From: Squalus acanthias
Lineage: Eukaryota
Length of the DNA stretch: 64,000 nucleotides
Assembly: GCA_030390025.1 (NCBI GenBank)
Contig: CM059431.1
Location: forward strand, 126,296,001 to 126,360,000
Direction of reading: 5' to 3'
Shown here: positions 59,715 through 64,000 of the stretch, in pieces
Position numbering within the stretch: the first letter of the stretch is position 1
Layout: each line of letters begins with the position of its first letter
Notes under the pieces: model-generated
What the model was told of the DNA's origin: nothing
Seen by the model: only the letters and a program-made list of their open reading frames with translations
Databases searched by the model: none
Made by a program: the position numbers and the translations under genes

Positions 59715-61782
59715 CAAGTAAAGGCTTCAACAAATGCTGCATAACACCATCTGTACCACAAGCTTCACACACTGCACAATGCATCACACCCCCAGCACTC
59801 ACCCACCAATAACCTTTACCTCGCAACACTCACACCCACATCTCACACCTTGCACACAATGACAGCTATTCAACTATGGCAGGCACAAGGGTCATTAGTT
59901 ATTAGAATTCATGTAATATGTGTGGTATGTTTATAGATAAATTTATTAATGGTCTTGTAATATTTTGTGGTCGCTCTCATTTCACCTTTATGCCTAGGAG
60001 GACACTGTGATATGGCGTGAGACAGGGATGGTATGATGGGGACATGGTGAACAATGGGAATCTGGGGTTTCATTCATTCGAATCGCAGTCTGATGAGCCG
60101 GTCATGGACAGCTCGTCTGGAAGGCTGATTGTCTCGCTACCTCCTCCCTCCCTCCTGTCCCTCCTCCTCTTCATCGTGCTCCTCCTTATCCTCTTCCTCC
60201 TCATCCTCCTCCTCATCCTCCTCTGCCTCATCCTCCTCCTGTTGTGGTCCCGCAATCCCAGCTGGCAAGGGCTGCGGCCTCATGATGGTCAAGTTGTGGA
60301 GCATGCAACAGACCACCACGCAAGGGGACACCCGCCATTCTGGCGAATACTGGAGGGCTCCTCCCGAGTGATCAAGGCAGTGGAACCGTTGCTTCAATAA
60401 GCCAATGGTCTGCTTGATGATGCTCCTGGTGGCAGCATGGCTCTCATTAAATGACTGCTGGGCACAAGTGTTGGGGTTGCGGAGGGGAGCCATGAGCCAG
60501 GTGGAGAGCGGATAGTCCTTGTCTCCAACCAATCACTCTCGAGCATGATGTGGTGGCTGGAAGAGTGCTGGCACACTGGTCTGACACAGGATGAAGGCAT
60601 CGTGACTGCTGCCAGGATAGCGGGCATTGATGGTGAAGATTCACTGTGTGTGGTCGCATGCCAACTGCACATTAAGTGAGTAGTAGCATTTGTGGTTACG
60701 GAAGATCTCAGGATTGTTATGCAGTGCCCGCAAAGCCACATGAGTGCAGTCAGTTACACCCTGCACCATGGGGAATCCCACTAGCCAGGCAAAGCCACAT
60801 GCACGCTCGTCCTGCTTCTCTCTGGTGATAGGGAATCCAATGTAGTCCCTTCTCCTACTGTAGAGAGTTTCAGTGACCTCCCAGATGCAGCGATGGATGG
60901 CGAACTGTGAGATGTTAGCTATGTCTCCTGCTGCAGACTGGAAGGATCCACTCGCAAAAACATTCAGGGCCACGGTGACCATGACTGCCACTGAGAGAGC
61001 CGTGTTCACCCTGGTCTGAGGCTGGAGGTCTGTTTGCAGAAGGTGACAGAGTTCTGTGACCACCTCCTTGGTGAAGTGGAGCCTTCTAATACACTGCTCC
61101 TTGCTTAATTGAAGGTAGCAGAAGTGCTCTCGGAATAACCTAGGAGGGTATGGTCTCCTGTTGAGAGTCCTGATAGCCCTCCTCTTCCCTCTGCGCACAT
61201 GCTCCCATCATTCTCGCTGCCTCGGCTCCCTCCAATGTAGATCCTGGAAGGTGAGGTCGACTGCCAGTACAGCCCCCCTTATTCTTAGCACGTGCTGTAG
61301 GTTGAACCTTTCCAGAAATAATAAGGAAGTTTTGTACTTGCCACAACACTCATGATACCAAAGAACCTTGAAATTACTAAAGAAACTGTTGTAGTAGCAG
61401 AAACTAACACACAGCCACTCAAACTTCACAAACCTGTCAGGTGCGAGTAATTTGTGATGATCCCTTTAAATAACACCGCTGGAGCCAGCTTCCTGCTGCT
61501 GCATGCCACCTGAAGCTCTCATTGTTAACTCCAGCCAGTAAGTCCATTGGCTATAAGGAAGTTGGGAGATCAGGCGTCCAGTGAGCGTTACACACTCACT
61601 GACGTCATAATCTCCATGATGGTGAGGTCCCTAGCAGGTGAATTTACCACCAGCGCTACCAGTAAGACCGATATGGTGTGCGGCGCTGGAACCGGCATCA
61701 GCTGTCGTTACAGCTGTCAATGCCATTTTAACGCCATCTTGTGGCGCTAATGAGTGGCGCAAACCACACGAATGTTTCCCCC
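59715..61782 (-). mobile_element. Third Harbinger element (different family), partner-gene side deleted
   Basis: Transposase on the minus strand; right terminus reads GGGGGAAACATTCGTGTGGTTTGCGCCACTCATTAGCGCC on the minus strand. Confidence 0.82.
60070..61198 (-). pseudogene. Harbinger transposase with two in-frame stops and an acidic tail
   Basis: FASGSFQ, VTDCTHV, YSLNVQLACD*, YPGSSHDAFIL, GDKDYP, IIKQTIG (catalytic E to K), CCMLHN. Confidence 0.9.
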
Positions 61783-62304
61783 TATTCCCCAGCACTAACA
61801 TCTCTCACAGTGATGTACACAAATATGTAACATTTTAATTTTGAAAAATTGAAATTTTGTCCTTTTTACTCCTTTCTACATCCATTCTGGTTGCATCTAC
61901 CTTGAAATATCCCTATATTTCTAAAATTGGAAAATTAAAACCAAGGGGTTAGACATAGCACCCATTTGTGGGTACATTTTATGAATTTGTGCTGGCTGTG
62001 AGCACATAGCGGTAATTCAAGTCAGTGGGCCGCACAGGACCTTCTGTCCCTTAATGGTATTCACAACAGTTACCCTGTAGTCAATGAGTGGAGAAGCTAC
62101 ACGTAACCTTATTTTGAACGAATGCATTGAGACACGTTGAACTATTTACCTGACTTATTCATCCATACACAGAATAGATAAATTGAACTGATGTGGGGAA
62201 TAAGTATTCTCAAAGCTAGGACCACATGGGTACAAATAGTTCAATAATTTATTTAAATAAATATGGGAATGACTCTCCACAAAACAATTTTCTTAACTTA
62301 AGTC

Positions 62305-62411
62305 TTCCCTACATTACAACAGTGACTACACTTCCAAAGTACTTTATTGGCCATAAAGCGCTTTGGGACGTCCTGAGGTCATGAAAGGCGCTATATGAAC
62401 GCAAATTCTTT
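62305..62411 (+). mobile_element. DeuSINE 3' fragment
   Basis: CCTACATTACAACAGTGACTACAC..AAAGCGCTTTGGGACGTCCTGAGG..GGCGCTATAT. Confidence 0.75.
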
Positions 62412-63119
62412 GGGGGGAAAATTCGGTTGCTTTGCGTCTCCCGTTAGCGCAAAGCAACTAGTGCCCGGGCGCGGCAATGTTTGCGCCGCTCACAAAATCG
62501 ACCAGACATTTTGCGGCGGTGCTAAGCACTACCGCCACGATGTCCTGCGCCCGCAGATCGTGACATCAGTCGAGCGTGCAACGCCCCGGTAGCGCCCCGG
62601 ACCGGATATTGAGTGGCGCCCCCTGCCTTACCACCTGCCGCTAGCAACGACAGGTTGAGGGGAGCGTTTGGCAGTCAGAATGGGACTGGGGGAGCGCTAT
62701 TTAAAGGCGACCGCTTCCTACCTATTTTTGTCGTCGACATTTTTGCACCATGCATTCTGAGAGAGAGAGAGACTTCTGGAGAGATTCAACGCTGTGTGAA
62801 GAAGTTTTGGGTACTGAGTATCAATTTGCAGGTTCATTTTAATTTTCCCTTCCTTGCATCGAAGTAGAAGAGACTTTTTGGGCTGCGCTCTGAGCTCTTT
62901 CCCTGGGCCTCTCAATTTTTCTTTCCAGCAGAATTGATGTACAGGTCTCTCCAGGCCGAGATTCAAGGCTGCAATGAGCAGGGTGTGAATGGAGAGCAAG
63001 ATCGACCCTCCCCTTTAAGGACTGGCCGGCGCCAGTGTGTCTCTGTTCCATTGCTGACTGACATCACATGAGCTTCGCCAGCGCTCTGAGGTAGCGCCTC
63101 GCTCCTCGGCGTTAGCGCC
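62412..63119 (+). mobile_element. Family B MITE copy 2, interrupted by an LTR
   Basis: Collinear with 41089-41810. Confidence 0.85.
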
Positions 63120-64000
63120 TGTAGAATTCGCAATATATCGCGATTTTATTAATAAGGAGAAAACACAGAGTCTCGTTCAAACAGCTTTTATTTCAGCAGA
63201 ATACTGCCAGGTTTTTTCAAAGTGGACACAAGCAGCCTGTAAAATGGCCGCCGCACCTCGTGACAGAACATTCTAGACTTTTCGACAGGCAGACAAGATG
63301 GCGTTCCAATAAACATTTGTGCAAGATCGATTAAGATTCAGCACAGTGAAGATAATACACGAGACATTATGGGTTTACAGTATACACATAAATACTGAAA
63401 TCGGTCTCCCAGGTACGAATGAAAGCTATTGTACCGAGTAATCAGGGGCCCATCCAAAAGACATTAATATGTAAAATCCCAACGACTCTACGATGAGAGA
63501 GCCGTTAGCAGGTAGTTATACAAAACACTTGGAAGCCCCAAAACCCCTCCAGGGAGAACACCGACCGATTTAACAATGGGAGAAATATTAACAGGTACTC
63601 AGACATTTACGAGTAGCCCCGAAACCCATTAAGAACGGAGATCACCCATACAAGACATTTGAGCGCCAGACCCTTACAAAAGAAAGGACATTAAGGTTGG
63701 GCGGGAAACGGAAGATTTTGTACTATAATTACAAGCTCCAACCGTCCATCTTTCTCTTATTCTCTTATCCGATCGACTCGTAACCTCGTGGCTGCTCCTG
63801 CGTTTTGACTCGTAGTCTGGTTCCTGTTTGCCTGGTGCCTTTTTGAAAAAAGACTGTTGAACTTTCTGATCCGTTCGGATCTACCTCGTGTGGCGTAACG
63901 AAGACCTATGTTGGTAACTGGCAGCGGAACCAAAGGCCCGAGATGAGATGAGATGAGATGAGATGAGATGAGAAGAGAGGAAGACCATACTCATCGCCAC
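63120..64000 (+). mobile_element. LTR family L2 copy 2 (diverged), runs off the window end
   Basis: Starts TGTAG after ..GCGCC; collinear with 52934-53880 (TCGCAAT..ATCGCGATT, AAAATGGCCGCC, CAAGATGGCG, CCGAAACCC.TTAA); (GAGAT)n at ~63940-63972. Confidence 0.8.

Noticed and set aside
60017..60400. Hydrophobic poly-Leu, poly-Arg or poly-Ser ORFs
   Set aside because: Alternative frames of the transposase's GAG-rich acidic tail.

Overview
Repeat-dense, non-bacterial vertebrate DNA, most likely from a cartilaginous fish (shark/ray). This is inferred from the mix of CR1 LINEs, DeuSINE (SacSINE1-like) copies, an LF-SINE-like relic and Penelope-type palindromes. I recognised no host protein-coding gene; one weak exon candidate lies at about 2.5-2.7 kb. 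The window holds: (i) a full-length, young CR1 LINE (ORF1 with Zn-finger and SGNH esterase, ORF2 with APE and RT, and a 75-bp tandem monomer array at its 5' end) whose RT catalytic FADD motif is mutated to FADV; (ii) many truncated CR1 copies; (iii) several PIF/Harbinger transposons with a HARBI1-like DDE transposase, two of them with a convergent three-exon Myb/SANT-like partner gene, plus many non-autonomous MITE families with 3-bp TSDs; (iv) two families of apparent solo LTRs; (v) two unrelated short palindromic insertions with long TSDs and minimal hammerhead-ribozyme motifs; (vi) a recent 288-bp inverted duplication inside a dead transposase. Elements are nested up to four levels deep. 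Coordinates were read by eye. Boundaries with a TIR or TSD are precise; the others are approximate.
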